Part shown: one piece after another, positions 23,801 to 35,594 of the stretch
How the letters are laid out: every line of letters starts with the position of its first letter
How positions within the stretch are numbered: the stretch's first letter is position 1
Assembly: GCA_051294905.1 (NCBI GenBank)
Contig: CM119373.1
Coordinates: 3,784,001 to 3,848,000, forward strand
DNA: 64,000 bases
Reading direction: 5' to 3'
DNA from: Botryllus schlosseri
Taxonomy: Eukaryota
The notes under the pieces: generated by a model
Told to the model about the DNA's origin: nothing
Database searches by the model: none
The model's input: only the letters and a program-made list of their open reading frames with translations
Translations under genes and position numbers: made by a program

Positions 23801-26654
23801 TTCTGAGCTTCTAGAAGGCATCGCTTGTACGGATTATATGAAAAATAGGAGCCTAGATAAACATCCAACACTTGGGTAAGAATTCTGCAGTCGAACTCAG
23901 TCGGACTCGAACCCGCAACCCATTGGTGTTGCAGCTGCGGAATCGACGCTATTATACGCTATACGCTATACGCTATTTCGACACGCAGCGGGTAAAATCA
24001 TTATTCACGCTTCGTCATGGATAATATTTTCTTTGACATCAAACTGTTGATATACTTCACTTCTCGTGTTCCTAAAATAGACAACATACATATTTAGCAA
24101 ACGGGTTACATATTTTCTTCATCGACTGCCGAAATACAAGTTTATATACACAATTGATATGCAGCCATACCAAAATGAAACATCCTTTGTAGATGGAAGA
24201 TGATTACGCCTGACCAGTAGTTATTGCGTCTCAACTCAGTACCAGGAAAATGAAACTGCTCGATTTCTTGCTAATCTGAACTGCACCCGATTTGTATGAC
24301 CGTGAAACAGAAAACACGGTACTACTGAGATGTATATCTTACAGATTGCTCATTATGATCAAGTATTATTCCGTCAACTTAACATACAACGATGACGACA
24401 AGACTGTATATCCGTCAACAGGTTGATCACATCTGAGCGGAGGTGATTACGATCGGGTCCAGGAGCAGGAGCAATTCCGGGCTGGATTCGGATCACCGAT
24501 TCATTACACCACTTCACAAGCGATTGTGGACAGAGACAATGGGAATTTGGGTCGCAGGCTACAATCACTCAGCAAGTACGTCTACTTGCCTAGAGATAAG
24601 TTTTTTATCACTCGAATATAACGCCAAATATTCCCAAACTCGTATTCAGCGAGATTAAGCCTTTCCACCAGTATCCTACGAAACGAGGCGAACTTTTCCG
24701 ATACGTCAGCGTACAATGGAATCGAGTATCGTATAGTTCTCAATACAGGAACCACATCGATGCAAGAGTCACGAGCCAGAAGAAAACTGATTACTTTGAT
24801 GTGATTAATCCAAACGAGTATTTTGAATCCAGACTGACATCATCGCATCACCCCCGATCGATCACGGCTGATTCATGGGGATCACTTGCCCGCGATATTA
24901 TTTCGCGAGTAGCATGTAAAATCCACAAATCCGGGTCCGAATAAACTTAAATCCAAAAGTAATCCAGTAAAGATCCCCCAATGCCTTGTTTTCCCATTCA
25001 AATCCACACTCGTTTGTACCGTATACGAGGCTCGCTCCTGGCACACTCGCTCTCTACTGTCGTAAGCTGCGGGAAGTAGCTTTGGACGTCGTCAAAAACC
25101 ACTTGAAAATGGCGGGTAGCAAGTAGCAACAGCGATGGACTTATCTCGGCTTCTTTGTAATAAAGCTGTTTTCAATAGAATCCCACATAGTTACTCAAAA
25201 CTGTCTGCTTACAATGATATCAATGTGATATAGGCCTACCATGGACTCAATGACACAAACGAGTTTGATTTGATAACGCGTGCACCACACAGACAGCTTG
25301 CATTCACACTCGATTGAACCGGGAATTATTGATTGAGAGATTCAAGAGAAATCATACGCCAGTTGAGTTTTAAAATATAAGCCGGAGCAAGATGGTTTCA
25401 GAATACCAAATTTTTATATCCGCTCGTCTCTGCGCCTGACTGACATTGGGTTACGGAAGTAGTTTTGGATGTGTAGCCCCTTAGTCAGCCACCCCCCACC
25501 CCATCCAAGTACGAGAATCCAACCAAGCGAGACTTTACATCGATTCGTGTGACCTTGACCGTACGCTTGAAACATAGCATAAATTGTCATCATATACCCA
25601 TCAATCAATCAACCCGCCATTACACGCTGACACGGCGAGTCACGCCAGGCGAGCTTTTCCGTTTCGTCGGGTTACACACTACAGAGATCCAAAAAGATTC
25701 GATCGTCATACGCGGAAAATTACAGCAAATAATACAGTAACCTTGAGTATATTCGCCTGATAATAAATTCAAACGAGTTTAATTTAACATAAACGAGTTT
25801 TGATTATACGCAGATAGCAGCCGTACCGGGAGAACTTTTCCGTTTCGTCGGAGTACACACCATAGAGATCCAGAAAGATTCGATGATCATACGTGGAAAA
25901 TTACAGCAAAGAATACGATAACTTCGATATTACTGCTTGATAATAAAATTATATTCACCGCAAACGAGTTTTGACACGCAGATAGCAACCTTACTCAATT
26001 CCAGAAAGCGCGACACGATAGGTCAGCCGGGTTTTGAAATCAACAGGCAGAACCAGTGATCAATCCACTCATAAATAACGAGTCACGCCACAACCGCGAG
26101 AATTACGTCACAAATATTACACCAAACTCATTTCAAACGGAAATCAAACAGCCACATATCAATCAGATCGCTTGCAGCAATCCGTCACGAACTGCAATTC
26201 TGCAAAATGCGTAAGTCCGTTATCCTTTGTTTCTTTATTTTATTAGAGATTTTAGTTTCTTTAAGTTAAAAGACGATATGCGGCTATATCCACCACTTCT
26301 CTACTACTTATATTTCGTTTCACTTAAAACACACCATCCCTACTGTGATATCGGTAACCTATAGTGATTATGAATAGCAGAGCCTAATGTAGTTTAGTAT
26401 AGTGCTAGGCAAGTCCCATTTATTTTGCAGTACTGCGGATCATATATTGTTGCGCATGCTGGCAAATTGAAAGACAACAAGGGGCGTCTAAGTTTGGCTT
26501 TAGACCTATAGTGCAGTGAAAATAGAGTAGAAATCTAGTTGTTAGTATTGAAACGTGTAGTGGTATAGTGCTAGTCTTTAAAACTAAGCCTGAAATCATT
26601 AAAAGGCCGTGTAGGTTCGCGTTCAAAATGAATAACCAATCTTCGTCATGGAGC

Positions 26655-26829
26655 TTTCTAATTGAATTTCCTTCAACTTATTGCTGTGAAGCAAGAATTT
26701 CTGCAATGGTATCTATCAAAAAGAAATAGGTTTTCGATTGATGATTCAATGAGATGCTGTCTATGACTTTGCCCTTTGTATAGATTTGACCGGTTGACAA
26801 CACGAAAACAGCATCAGCCTTCCCATTGA
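26655..26829 (+). pseudogene. Buster/Charlie transposase extreme C-terminus remnant
   Basis: FLIEFPSTYCCEARISAMVSIK / KRNRFSIDDSMRCCL*...RFDRLTTRKQHQPSH* (frameshift and stop); matches the FPSTYxCE...KQxHPSH* pattern. Confidence 0.85.
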
Positions 26830-27457
26830 CTTGATCTTTTTAACAGGCATTTCAGTGTACAATATGACTTCATCTCTGTGCCGTTTTACAATTAATTGAG
26901 TTCAAGCTGTAATATGTTAGTTTTTTAAAGGGTTAATTGAATCCCGTCATTTCCTTCTTGGGGGTAACGGTATGAAAAAGGTTAAGAACCACTGCTTTAG
27001 TTGAACAATAATATGCCATTTCACTGATTTTGGGTGTTAAAATGTTCCAAAGTCAGTCATTCACGAGCACTGAACATCTATAGAAAATACCCATATCTAT
27101 TTGTAGTAGATTATAATCAATGCACCTAGACATGATGCAAGAATGGCAACGTAGTCCGAATCCGAACCCTCCCACGATCACACCAATTGGCCATGACACA
27201 CCGTAGACTTGCCCGGGGCGGTATGTCAGAGTGGAAACGCAATACATACACACACGAGATTTATGACATTAGTGCATCATCCGCTGCTACTGATTTGACA
27301 ATCAGTTTTTCAACACAATCGGTTAAAACATTTGACTTTTGATTCACTGCTTGCCGCCACTATCTAGCAACATAACTAATATGTGTAGTATATCAACCCA
27401 CCGCCACCATGCACTCAATCAATGAACAGAATAATTAAGTAGGGATGATACGAACCC

Positions 27458-28322
27458 TTGAGAAGTTCTGGTTTGTGTGAACGCGATCTCGAAGAAACGG
27501 TGAACTCCTCGTCGGAGGTTTTCTGGGCTCCTCCTCCCCCGACGACAAAAAAGACCAGAAACAGACCCGATAATGGTACTCGAAAGAAAAAATTCGAATT
27601 GAAAGAGCAAGAAGGATCGTCTCTAAAAGGACCACGAAATGAGGAAAAATGTGACATCGTGCATTTGGTCGAGGTGGAAGCCATATTAAAAGACCGCAAC
27701 TAGTCGTTTCGACATCCTCCTGTCTTTCGAATATATTGCACGTGCAAGAAAGTTGATGATGGGTCCCCCATGGCATTATGTACGATATGCAAAGACTGGT
27801 ATCATTCCCGCTGTGTGTCAGGCAATGTCCACCATCCGAAATGGATATGCGACCTTTGCTTGAAAAAGATAGTAGGCCCACGATCGGTGACGTCCGCGGT
27901 ACGTAAGGAATACAAAGAAATCCAGACTGTATGCGAGTTGTTGAAAAATTCAGCAGACAATCGTATTGTCGAACTTTACCAGGCTGTACGAAAGATGACA
28001 CCAAAGTTATCATTGCCAAGTGATGATGCTATTTCAGTGGGAATTCTGTCTCTGGAGGAATACCGGAGAAATATTGATAGCCACAAAACAAAGGAATTTA
28101 ATGGGAATCACTCACCGGCATCCCAAGTTCCATATGTGTTTTCTCATTGTGTTCTCGGAATCTTGCAGTGACACATCTACTCTACTCTCCACATTCTTGC
28201 ACTCATTATCACATGTCATTCTGCATGTGGAGAAGGACTATGGAAGGTCTCACGGCAGTGGCTTCAAAAAAATTGGCAGACGCGTCATCTCCTTCCAACA
28301 GCTTTTGCAAAATTGGAAATAA
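27458..28322 (+). pseudogene. Intronless PHD-finger plus SprT-like metalloprotease-motif gene remnant
   Basis: One frame 27458-28171 with internal TAG (27701): YCTCKKVDDGSPMALCTICKDWYHSRCV...WICDLC (C4HC3). A shifted frame gives LLSTFLHSLSHVILHVEKDYGRSHGSGFKK. Confidence 0.65.
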
Positions 28323-28878
28323 ACGAAATGCTAGTATTAACTGCAAAATGCGTGTGATTTTTCAAACATTATTTTCACTGGGCATATTACATTTTCCAGT
28401 AGTCGCCTTGCTCTTCATTTTATTTTTTAATCTAACCTGCAATGTTTCAAGTGTTTCATAACATTCGGAGTCTTATCAGTTGCTTTAACATTAAATTTTT
28501 GTGCCTGAACCCGATGTACATAACTATTCTTCGACCGTTATATCTGACTTTTTGCTTCGTTGAAATTTTAATGAAAAACTTTCTCGCCTGCAATGTTTCA
28601 AGTGTCTCATCATAACAATCAGATTCTTATCAGCTGCTGTAACATTAACTTCATGCATTTTGTTCCTATACACATTGTAAATAACTTATCTGACCTTTTG
28701 TTTCGTTAAAATTTTGAAGAAAAACCTGCTTGTTGAGTCGGTTGTGTGCAATCAGCTATAAGTAAGTCGAAGCTGTAGGGAGCAGACTTGAACAACTAGA
28801 AATTTTTTAGCTTTTCCTAATTATAGATTAGAATTAGAATTAGAGCTACACAGTTTATTTCCAAATTAGGGTAAAATT

Positions 28879-30036
28879 CAGAGGTGGTCAAAGTAGTCAA
28901 GAACGCTACTCAAGTAGAAGTAAAAGTAGCGACGAAAAAAAATCTAATCAAGTAAGTAAGTAGTTTTGAAAACGGTCGTAATTCGTTCGCATGGCCAGCT
29001 ACAAATTGAGCTATGCGAAAGGTGCAGAGCTTGATTCATATTGATGCATCACAGGAGGTATAAATTTTCAACAGTATAAGCATTCGTCCGTATCATTAGA
29101 TAAAAATGATTGCATTGATATGGTAATGAGATACTAATTCAGCTGTTTACTCGAAAACCCTGATTTAGAGAATATCATGGTGTGGCGCTCCCCCCCCCCC
29201 CGTTGTTTGGTCGAAGAGCAATACGGAGACGTTGTGTCGGATACGGTAATAACACTTCACACGATTAGTAGACGTTAATAAAAAATATGGCTGATCGTAA
29301 AAAATACCATATAGTGAAGATTTATTATCGGAAAATTGAGGCATTACTAAACTTTATTTTATTCTTCAACATGTATGTTCTGCAGACAAAAAAACTGACA
29401 TTAATAAAAACTCGAAGTACGATACCTGAAATTGAAAGAGAGATACAAAAAAGTGGAAATATATTTCACGTCTTTTGTCCAGAAAGATGGTCTGCAAAAA
29501 CAGGTGTAACGTTCAATAGAGTCAGAGTCCTGATTAGGACACGTCATGGGCTGCTAGATTGCGATATAATAGGCAATTGCTATATTACAAAACGGTAGTT
29601 TCAAGCGTTATGGTGGGCCATATTTACTGCGATGAAATATTTGAAATGGGAGACATCAATGCGGTGTCAGCGGAACTACGCAAAACGGTGCCTAAATTAT
29701 ATTCATCGCTACTTTTCTGAAAACATATATTTGACACTCCAAAACTACTGTGCGTGAAGCGCAACAAACGTTCTGGGTTTTACTTGACTTTTATGAAAAT
29801 TAAATGTTGGTACTCCGTGAAAACAACCCCGAAATTCGTCAGGCTATCTTTATTATTGCGGATTAAACTACTTCTACTGGACAAACTAAAAATAGCGAAA
29901 AGTAAGTAAGTAGATCGCAAAATATTACGAAGTAGAAGTAGCGAAAATCAGATCTACTTGAGTAAGTACCAAAAGTAGAGGAAAACTACTTGAGTACTTC
30001 GAAAAAGTAGAAGTACTTCGTTACTGACCACCTCTG
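28879..30036. mobile_element. Tol2-like non-autonomous hAT element
   Basis: TIR CAGAGGTGGTCA/TGACCACCTCTG with dense (A/G)AGTA subterminal repeats at both ends; no matching TSD. Confidence 0.65.
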
Positions 30037-33000
30037 GGCATATGTTGGTGCTGCGACTGACGTTGTTGTGAATATAACGACTGTTCTTATTGTGAACATG
30101 ACTGTTCTTATTGTGAACATGACTGTTATTATTGTGAACATGAGACTGTTCCTATTGTGAAAACAATTGCTCTTATTGCTAAGATGAGACTATTCCTATT
30201 GTGAACATGACTGCTCTTATTGTGAAAATGAGACTGTTCTTATTGTGAACATGGGACTGTTCTTATTGTGAACATGACTGCTCTTATTGTGAACATGAGA
30301 CTGTTCTTATTGTGAACATGAGACTGTTCTTATTGTGAACATGACTGCTCTTATTGTGAACATGAGACTGTTCTTATTGTGAACATAACTGCTCTTATTG
30401 TGAACATGAGACTGTTCTTATTGTGAACATGAGACTGTTCCTATTGTGAACATGACTGCTCTTATTGTGAACATGAGACTGTTCTTATTGTGAACATGAC
30501 TGTTATTATTGTGAACATGAGACTGTTCCTATTGTGAACGCAATTGCTCTTATTGTGAAGATGAGACTGTTCTTATTGTGAACATGAGACTGTTCTTATT
30601 GTGAACATGCCTGCTCTTATTGTGAACATGAGACTGTTCTTATTGTGAACATGAGACTGTTCTTATTGTGAACATGACTGCTCTTATTGTGAACATGAGA
30701 CTGTTCTTATTGTGAACATAACTGCTCTTATTGTGAACATGAGACTGTTCTTATTGTGAACATGAGACTGTTCCTATTGTGAACATGACTGCTCTTATTG
30801 TGAAAATGAGACTGTTCTTATTGTGAACATGAGACTGTTCTTATTGTGAACATGACTGCTCTTATTGTGAACATGAGACTGTTCTTATTGTGAACATGAG
30901 ACTGTTCTTATTGTGAACATGACTGCTCTTATTGTGAACATGAGACTGCTCTTATTGTAAACATGAGACTGTTCTTATTGTGAACATGAGACTGTTCCTA
31001 TTGTGAACATGACTGCTCTTATTGTGAACATGAGACTGTTCTTATTGTGAACATGAGACTGTTCTTATTGTGAACATGAGACTGTTCTTATTGTGAACAT
31101 GAGACTGTTCTTATTGTGAACATGACTGCTCTTATTGTGAACATGAGACTGTTCTTATTGTGAACATGACTGCTCTTATTGTGAACATGAGACTGTTCTT
31201 ATTGTGAACATGACTGCTCTTATTGTGAACATGAGACTGTTCTTTTTGTGAACATGACTGCTCTTATTGTGAACATGAGACTGTTCTTATTGTGAACATG
31301 AGACTGTTCTTATTGTGAACATGACTGTTCTGATTGTGAACATGAGACTGTTCTTATCGTGAACATGACTGCTCTTATTGTGAACATGAGACTGTTCTTA
31401 TTGTGAACATGAGACTGTTCCTATTGTGAACATGACTGCTCTTATTGTGAACATGAGACTGTTCTTATTGTGAACATGAGACTGTTCTTATTGTGAACAT
31501 GAGACTGTTCATATTGTGAACATGAGACTGTTCTTATTGTGAACATGACTGCTCTTATTGTGAACATGAGACTGTTCTTATTGTGAACATGACTGCTCTT
31601 ATTGTGAACATGAGACTGTTCTTATTGTGAACATGAGACTGTTCTTATTGTGAACATGACTGTTCTGATTGTGAACATGAGACTGTTCTTATCGTGAACA
31701 TGACTGCTCTTATTGTGAACATGAGACTGTTCTTATTGTGAACATGAGACTGTTCCTATTGTGAACATGACTGCTCTTATTGTGAACATGAGACTGTTCT
31801 TATTGTGAACATGAGACTGTTCTTATTGTGAACATGAGACTGTTCTTATTGTGAACATGAGACTGTTCCTATTGTGAACATGACTGCTCTTATTGTGAAC
31901 ATGAGACTGTTCTTATTGTGAACATGGCTGTTCTTATTGTGAACACGAGACTGATCCTATTTTAAACATGGCAGACCCTATTGTGAATTGGCGACCCAGT
32001 CCGACCATACCTCAGACATCGTGTCTGGGGTATCTTCGGACTGCATTGACACTCGAACATCATGTCTGGAGTGTTCGGATATCATGACTGAGGTGTCTCC
32101 GCACTGCGTTGCCAATCGGAAATCATGTTCGGACATCATGCCCCGGCCTGTGTTCCAACATCAAGACTGGGGTGTGTTCATAAAATCATGTTTGGGGTGT
32201 CTCCGGACTGCAAACACACTATGGCATCACGTCTGCGGCGTGGCGAGTGCGAACATCGTGTCTAGAGGGTGTTCGGACTGCGTTTGGCACTTAGACATCA
32301 TGTCTGGGGTGTGTTCGGACTGTGTTGTCAATCGGAAATCGTGTTCGGTCATCATGTTAGGAGTGTGTTCGGACTGCGTTGACACTCGGACATCATGTCT
32401 GGAGGGGGGGGGGGGTGTTCGGACATCATGTCTGGGGTGTGTCTGGGGGTGTTCAGACATCATGTCTGGGGGGTGTCTGGGGGGTGTTCGGTCATCATGT
32501 CAGGGGTGTGTTAGGACTGCGTTGACACTCGGATATCGTGTCTGGGGGTGTTTGGACATCATGTCTGGGTGTGTTAGGACTGCGTTGACACTCGGACATC
32601 TTGTCTGGGGGTGTTCGGACATCATGTCAGGAGTGTGTTCGGACTGCGTTGACACTCGGACATCTTGTCTGGGGGTGTTCGGTCATCATGTCAGGGGTGT
32701 GTTAGGACTGCGTTGACACTCGGATATCGTGTCTGGGGGTGTTTGGACATCATGTCTGGGGTGTGTTAGGACTGCGTTGACACTCGGACATCGTGTCTGG
32801 GGGTGTTCGGACATCATGTCTGGGTTGGGTTCGGACTATATTGCCACTCGGACATCGTGTCCGGGAGATATCTTGGTGCTGCGACTGATGTTATTGTGAA
32901 TACAACGACTGTTCTTATTGTATACATGAGACTGCTCTTATTGTGAACATGACTATTCTTATTGTGAACATGAGACTGTTCTTATTGTATACATCAGATT

Positions 33001-33177
33001 GTTCTTATTGTGAACATGACTGTTCATATTGTGAACATGAGACCGTTCTTATTGTATACATTAGACTGTTCTTATTGTGAACATGAGACTGTTCTTATTG
33101 TGAACATGACTGTTCATATTGTGAACATGACTGTTCATATTGTGAACATGAGACCGTTCTTATTGTATACATTAGAC

Positions 33178-35594
33178 CATAGTGTCCTATATGGTGTCGA
33201 CACAAGCAAATCGCACGGTTCAATGAAATTGTATCACGTCACAGTTTCCATTTGGCTACAGGCAATTTGACGGTGATTTTTGACCGGCTTGCCGAGCATT
33301 AAATTTGATGAATCGGGTATCAATCGAAAGCTGACTCTGCATTGATTACGAAAATATAAATTTTATTCCGCTCGCGGCCCTGGAACCCCCACAATCAGCC
33401 CCCAATTATTCATTGTCGCGTAGATTGGCAGTGTGACGCAACAAAGCTGTCTGGCGAAACGTGAGACTAGCTCAAGAGCAAGGATGCGGCCGAGCGGCGA
33501 GAGTGGGATCAGCTGACGTGACGGCAATAGCGATGTGCAAACGCGCCACAGAGAAACGCTGCGCTGTTGATACTTTTTCTATGCGTTTCGGTACAACCGA
33601 GCACACACCAGCCTTTCCTTGACTTGTAAGGGTAGAACTGGGTCCACAGAATGTATTAGGGCCCTACCAATTTCGTGCAATATCCTTCAGCTGATAGAGA
33701 TATGTAGGCTACGTCTAAGTAGTCTACATTGGATATGTCAGATTATTATGTTATCGATTGCCTTAGCCCGCTTGTTCCGTAGGGCTCCAGAGATTCGTGG
33801 CGCTGTTGATAATTTCTATAGGCGCTTCGCTAAAAGCGAACACACACCAGCCTTTCCTTGACTTGTAAGGGTAGAACTGGGTCCACAGAATGTATTTGGT
33901 CCCTACCAATTTCCGCGCAATATCCTTCAGCTGATAGAGATATGTAGGCTACGTCTAACTAGTTTACATTGGATATGTCAGATTATTATGATATCGATTG
34001 CCTTAGCCCGCTTGTTCCGTAGGGCTCCAGAGACACGTCAGGCTGTTGATGGCGGGTGTCGATACTTTCTATAGTCGCTTTTATGGTTAAGTGTGAGCAA
34101 GGATCATTGACCATGAGCATACATTACAAGCTTTTATTTGATCCGTATGGGTAGGACTTGGTCCGCGAATGCAGCAGGTGAAATGTTGATTGTTGAATAA
34201 AGTTTAACAGCAGGAGTGTCGAATTAAACTGGTATCGCTGTCGCGATTCAATCCGTTACTAGAAAGCTTGCGGGCCATACCTGCCAAATGATTCCAAAAT
34301 GTTACCACCAAATTCATACCTTTGTTTTTCACTGGAATATATCTGATATCACTGTAAACGTTGACGTTGGAATTTGGTTTAGCATTTTTCAATCACCAAA
34401 TAGCGTTTTTGAATGCCGGGGACCTTTTGCGTCAAAAGTACAGTGGTATCGCAGATATTTGAATTATATTCATCCTGTAGCCTGTATATATATTCCTAAT
34501 GTAACTTACGTAAAACGGATTTGCAGTATTTTTTTCGCATCTGTGAATAACTGAATTTCCATTGTCCATTCGGCCCAACAGAGTTTGCACTTTTTCGCCT
34601 TCTCGGAATTTGGCAAGGTCACCGACGTGGTGCTTATGGGGACTAGAGTGAAAACTCAACACTGTAGTTGTATTACTACAATATGACGCGAAACAATAAC
34701 TTCATATTGTTAATTTATTCGCTAAAAGCTTTTCGACTAACTCTCATCAGTAGCAATAATAACTACAATATGATATATTTACATTATCTAAATTTGCTGT
34801 CTTGAGTGAATCTTATTACTTGAAAGTATATTTTTCTTACTAGAAATATCTCTAACAGCCGAAAGATTGCGCGAAAATTGGTAGGAACCGCAAATACATT
34901 CTGTGGACCCAGTTCTACCATTACAAGTCAAGGAAAGGCTGGTTTGTGCTCGCTTTTAGCGAAGCGCATAGAAAAAGTATCAACAGCCCTACGCAACAAG
35001 CGGGCTAAGGCAATCGATATCATAATAATCTGACATATCCAATGTAGACTACTTAGACGTAGCTTACATATCTTTATCAGCTGAAGGATATTGCGCGAAA
35101 ATTGGTAGGGCCCCAATACATTCTGTGGACCCAGTTCTACCCTTACAAGTCAAGGAAAGGCTGGTGTGTGCTCGGTTGTACCGAAACGCATAGAAAAAGT
35201 ATCAACAGCGCAGCGTTTCTCTGTGGCGCGTTTGCACATCGCTATTGCCTTCACGTCAGCTGATCCCACTCTCGCCGCTCGGCCGCATCCTTGCTCTTGA
35301 GCTAGTCTCACGTTTCGCCAGACAGCTTTGTTGCGTCACACTGCCAATCTACTCGACAATGAATAATTGGGGGCTGATTGTGGGGGTTCCAGGGCCGCGA
35401 GCGGAATAAAATTTATATTTTCGTAATCAATGCAGAGTCAGCTTTCGATTGATACCCGATTCATCAAATTTAATGCTCGGCAAGCCGGTCAAAAATCACC
35501 GTCAAATTGCCTGTAGCCAAATGGAAACTGTGACGTGATACAATTTCATTGAACCGTGCGATTTGCTTGTGTCGACACCATATAGGACACTATG
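33178..35594. mobile_element. Foldback DNA transposon, about 610-bp TIRs, 7-bp TSD (P-superfamily/Galileo-like architecture)
   Basis: CATAGTGTCCTATATGG.../...CCATATAGGACACTATG; TSD ATTAGAC (33171-33177, 35595-35601); internal about 240-bp tandem repeats continuing the TIR. Confidence 0.8.
34719..34756 (-). ncRNA. Candidate minimal type-I hammerhead ribozyme motif
   Basis: Minus strand TTGCTA-CTGATGA-GA(GTTAG)TC-GAAA-AGCT-TT-TAGCGA: stem I, intact core, 2-bp stem II, palindromic mini stem III. Confidence 0.4.

Larger units (their letters stand above)
12492..26308. mobile_element. 13.8-kb fully palindromic element with Polinton/Maverick-type termini (non-autonomous, IAP cargo)
   Basis: Arms 12492-19381 and 19413-26308 are reverse complements (ORF track mirrored; only 6 differences found); 31-bp spacer. 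Termini AGTAGTAG...CTACTACT; 6-bp direct repeat TATATT at 12486-12491 and 26309-26314. The palindrome is certain. The Polinton assignment rests on ends and TSD only. Confidence 0.75.
12326..26994 (+). mobile_element. Buster-type hAT deletion derivative (about 0.85 kb of own sequence: 12326-12491 and 26315-26994) split by the giant palindrome
   Basis: 15-bp perfect TIR CAGTGGTTCTTAACC/GGTTAAGAACCACTG; exact 8-bp TSD CTTTAGTT (12318-12325, 26995-27002; nnnTAnnn); transposase tail at 26655-26829. Confidence 0.9.

Noticed and set aside
12492..26308. Autonomous Polinton or intact endogenous virus
   Set aside because: No ORF with pPolB, integrase, packaging ATPase, protease or capsid motifs; the longest ORF is 240 aa (IAP).
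34204..34662. PWWP-like coding core in the foldback element
   Set aside because: Only scattered words (VGDL, VWPA) in different frames; not supportable.
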